A stretch of 64,000 bases of DNA from Salpingoeca rosetta. Its lineage: Eukaryota > Protista > Choanoflagellata. Under the pieces are notes generated by a model that worked only from the letters and a program-made list of their open reading frames with translations, did no database searches and was not told the origin of the DNA. Location of the stretch: contig JAWQFM010000009.1 of NCBI GenBank assembly GCA_033442325.1, forward strand, positions 1,864,006 to 1,928,005. The letters are read 5' to 3'. How positions within the stretch are numbered: position 1 is the first letter of the stretch; each line of letters opens with the position of its first letter. Shown here piece after piece: positions 59,050 through 64,000 of the stretch. Position numbers and translations under genes: made by a program.

Positions 59050-59889
59050 ATGACTGAGGTGTTGGATGGACTGGAGATCACGTCTCACTCCAGCGCTGGG
59101 CATGGAACGTGCATCACAGTCACAACCAGCAACCCGCTTCCGCGTCTCTCCATCTGCTTTGACATTGGGTGCGTCCGAGAACATCACTACTGCCCCGCGT
59201 GCATCAACTAAGCGCACCCACTCGTCATGTGCTCACAACAATGATGGCGTGATTGTAGGGCTTGCTTGACAGAGAGTGTGCAGGCACAACACGTCTTTGT
59301 CTCGCATTGCCACACGGTAAGCTTGTGCGTGCGTGACTGTCTGTGTATGTGTCTGTGTCTGTGGCTGTGCGTGTGAGTGTGTGTGTGTGTATGTGTGTGT
59401 GTATGTGTCTGTGTCTGTGTCTGTGTCTGTGTCTGTGGCTGTGCGTGTGTGTGTCTGTGTGTCTGTGTGTCTGTGTGTGTGTGTGTCTGTTCATTTGTGC
59501 GTGCCTGTGTGTCTGTGTGTCTGTGTGTCTGTGTGTGTCTGTTCATTTGTGCGTGCCTGTGTGTGGTCACGTGAAGTCACCATTTCAGCTCCTTCGCCCT
59601 CTGAGGACCCTACTACCTCTTGATTCACATGTCCTGTCCATATCTGTTCGAATGCTGCCACATCACCCCGTCCTGTTCCAAACAGGATCATGTTGGGTCC
59701 CTCATGCTGCACGCCCGAGCACGTGAAATGTGCTCTGGCCCAGCCACCTACTATGTCCCCGAGCCCGTGATTCCACATCTCCGACGCATGCAGCAGGTCA
59801 GCCGCTGCGCGCGCGCGTGTCTGTGTCTGTGTGTCTGTGTCTGCGAGTGTGTCTGTCTGTGTCTGTCTGTGTCTGTGTGTCTGTGACTG

Positions 59890-59920
<31 letters not shown>

Positions 59921-62900
59921 TTGCCTACCTGTCTGTTTGCCTGCCTGTCTGTGTCTGCGTGGTCCTTTCCCTGTGCACCTCCATGTGTTCCCTCAACGCG
60001 AGCATTTTGTCACCGACCACACATCATCGTCACGCCAGCTGTTTGCAGACCTCGACAGCGATGGTGTTCCAAAGGTGCCTCCCGCTCGCTTCGAACCCAT
60101 CTGGCCCGGTCGTGTTGTTCCCGTCGGCAAAGGCTTTGCTGTCAAAGTCCTTGCTGTTGAGCACCGCGTCCACAATGCATTTGCTTTCGTCCTCCAGCGC
60201 CGTGACCGCCTCGTACGTGTGTGTGTGTGTCTGTGTGTCTGTGTGTCTGTGTGTCTGTGTGTCTGTGTGTCTGTGTGTCTGTGTGTCTGTGTGTCTGTGT
60301 CTGTGTGTCTGTAAGTCAGTCGGCGTCTGTGCCTGTCTGTCTGTCTGTCTGTGACTGTGCGTTGTGTCTCTGCACAAATGTACTGCCCAACTTGCTCCCC
60401 CACCCCGTTGCTCTCCCATTGCTCGCCCCGTTGCTTTTTCTGCCCCTGTGCAAGTACTCAAGCCCGCATGCTTACGTGTGTGCATCCTCTCGCCTCCCTT
60501 CACCCACGCACTTGCCCCCTCCCCCCGTTCCGCTTGCAGCCGCTCCCGCCAGAGTTTCGCGGTCTTCCCCCGATGGAGATCAAAGCCCTCTACGACGAGA
60601 ATGTACGCCGTAGCTTGTACTGCATTGCTGCAATATGTCTGTGTGCATGTGTGTATGCCTGTGCATGTGTATGTATGTCTATGTCTGTGTCTGCGCAAAT
60701 ATCTCCCTGTGTGTGTATGTGTGCATGTGTGTGCGCATTGCTACTGAGGTTAACTCGAATGCGTCTTGCTCACGGCCTCACCCCAACCCTGATCCCTGCA
60801 CCTGCTCTCCTCATCACCCCACAGGTTGTGCAGAAGTTTGGGCCACCAAAGGCGCTTCTCACCTATTCCGGTACACCGCGCACTGGCGTTTGGTTGTTGG
60901 CGATTGCGTTCCTCTTCCTCCCTCACCATGCAACCCCACACATGTGCGTCGTGCAGGCGACTGCGTGCTACGATCGCTCCTGAAACATGCATTTGTTCTC
61001 TCGACACGTGTCCTCATCTGCGAGCTGACCTACCTTGACGACGTGCGCGTGTGTGTGTGTGTGTGTGTGTGTCTGTGTGTCTGTGTGTGTGTCTGTGTGT
61101 CTGTGTGTGTGTCTGTGTGTGTCTGTGTGTGTGTCTGTGTGTGTGTCTGTGTGCGTGTATGTGTCTGTGCGTATGTTTCTGCTCTTTTGCCATCGATCGC
61201 CTCTCATTGCACCTTGCGTGGACACTCACCCTCCTGCACTGTCGCGTCTGCTTCTCCATTCACACACACATACGCGCGCGCACACACATACACATGCACA
61301 CACGCACACACACACACCCACACACACACAGCGAACAGAGTCAAAGGCTGAAAAGTACATGCACGTCCACTTGAAAGAGGTGGGATGATCCATCCTGTGT
61401 GATGCCAATCAGATGCCACCACCATTCTTCCCCCAAGCACGATCCTGATACCTTGTCCGTATTGCTGTTCGCTGTGTGTTGTGCTCATTTGTGGCTGCAG
61501 CTCGTGCCAGCGCTCCATCGCTTTAGGAATCTGTCCCATCTTCACCTCGTGCACTTCTCAACACGGTTCGAACACATCACTGCTGGTGGTGCTGGTGGTG
61601 CTGGTGCTGGTGCTGGTGCTGGTGCCACTTTGACGTCGACATGTCTGTTACCTGCTCCATCGTCAAGTCAGTCCTCCCTCCCCCCGTCACTCACCCGCTC
61701 ACCCGCTCAAGTGCATGCACACACACACACGCACACACACACACGCGCGCACGCGCGCGCGCACGCACGCACGCACACAGGTACTGTGCTGAATCGATTT
61801 GCGGACACCTAATGGCCCTACCGACAAGAATGCAGGGTCAGTGCTCGCATTGCCTGAACTGACACGCATGCGATGTGACTGCGCTGGTGGCGACGCGTGG
61901 CAACGCCTCACAAAGACCCACCGCCTCTTTCCAATACTCCATGTGTTTCTTCTGTTCAGACCGGACGTCCGTTGGCTTGATGGCCTTTGGCGAGAGCAGT
62001 GCTGCCTTGAGATGGGCGCTGAAACGCGTCTTCTACGTGCAGGTCAGTGAGCAGAGCTCTGCTGGAACGTTGCTGGTGGTTCTGCTAGTTGCTCGGTGAT
62101 GCTGAGTCTGGGTGCCAAGACACTGTTTTGTGACATGGATGACAATGCAACGTCGTTCTGTTGTCTTCAAAGGGACCTGGTGGCTGCGCCATCCCCGCCG
62201 TTGTCACATCCACACGGCACGACCACACACTTCGCGCGCTCTGCAGAGTGAGAAGTTGCAGATGCTCTGGCGTATTGGTTTGGATTTTGGTGGGCTCGAG
62301 CCCTCTTCACTCCCTCATAATTCATGTGCACTTTGTTTTCTTCGCTCACATTGCACGCAATCGCACATGCGCGCGCGCACACACTCACTCACATACGCCC
62401 TCGCTCACTCACACACACACTCACTCACATACGCCCTCGCTCACTCACAAACACTCACATATGCCCTCGCTCACTCACTGTCCCACTGTCCCTCACTCAC
62501 TTCGTCCCCGTGTCCCGTCTCGCAACACACGCCTACCAGACGTTGGTGGTGCGGGACATGGAGGATCAGCCGGGCGACTGTGCGGGAGTGTCGTGCGTCA
62601 TCTCTGTGCCCACCCTCAACCGGTCAACAGCGATGCACATCTACTCCCTCGGGGACGCAGGGAAGGCGACTGTTGACGGCATTGTCAGCGGGGTCAGGGA
62701 GGCCGGCGGCGGTGCTCCTGCACGTGCACACGGCATTGCAAAGGGCGCCCTCAAATATGTTCTTGACATTGAGCGAGGAGCAGATGCACATGCGCACGCG
62801 GATGAAGTTGTTGCCACCCTGCGTAGCGGTGAGCCGCTGGTGGCGCTGCTTGCGGCACAGACAGCGCCGCATCACCAGCCACCGCCGCACCTGCCGACGA

Positions 62901-63016
62901 AGCGAACGACAACACCAGAAGGTCCAGCTGGAGGACACGCGCAGCTGTCGCACCACCACTCCAAACAGTCAAAACAGTCCACGCCGTCAAACCACACCAG
63001 GCCACCGCCAGGCTAG
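59050..63016 (+). CDS. Metallo-beta-lactamase, TM-type/plant TRZ1-like short tRNase Z, with a C-terminal extension
   Basis: [14 protein letters not shown]; [12 protein letters not shown] (HxHxDH); VEHRV; arm [17 protein letters not shown]; YSGDC; ICELTYLDD; HVH; VHFSTRY; then further exons to TAG at 63014-63016. The extension is less certain than the core. Confidence 0.8.
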
Positions 63017-63029
63017 CACCAGTGCGTCG

Positions 63030-64000
<971 letters not shown>

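Overview
Eukaryotic, intron-rich genomic DNA with GC-rich exons, (CA/GT)n-filled introns and two 100-N assembly gaps. Style and gene content suggest a choanoflagellate such as Salpingoeca rosetta (inference). Most six-frame ORFs are microsatellite noise, so genes were rebuilt by hand from GT..AG splice sites and exon boundaries are manual calls. About 17 genes: a partial last exon; a low-complexity 673-aa ORF; an HMG-box/DDT/WSD/bromodomain BAZ-like protein; an EF-hand rhomboid; a Zn-ribbon + bacterial-type PH protein; Shc; CMC2; an orphan; prolyl oligopeptidase; LSM6; ING; CSN1/GPS1; an intronless folate-biopterin transporter; a cysteine desulfurase-C2H2-TtcA fusion; DDRGK1; a SPAG8-like protein; a TM-type tRNase Z-like protein; and the 3' end of a PPC-domain gene. 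The most notable item is the gene at 47737-54472. It joins a PLP-dependent cysteine desulfurase-like domain (with an inserted C2H2 finger) to a bacterial TtcA-like tRNA 2-thiocytidine synthase, which would be a candidate self-contained tRNA thiolation enzyme in a eukaryote.
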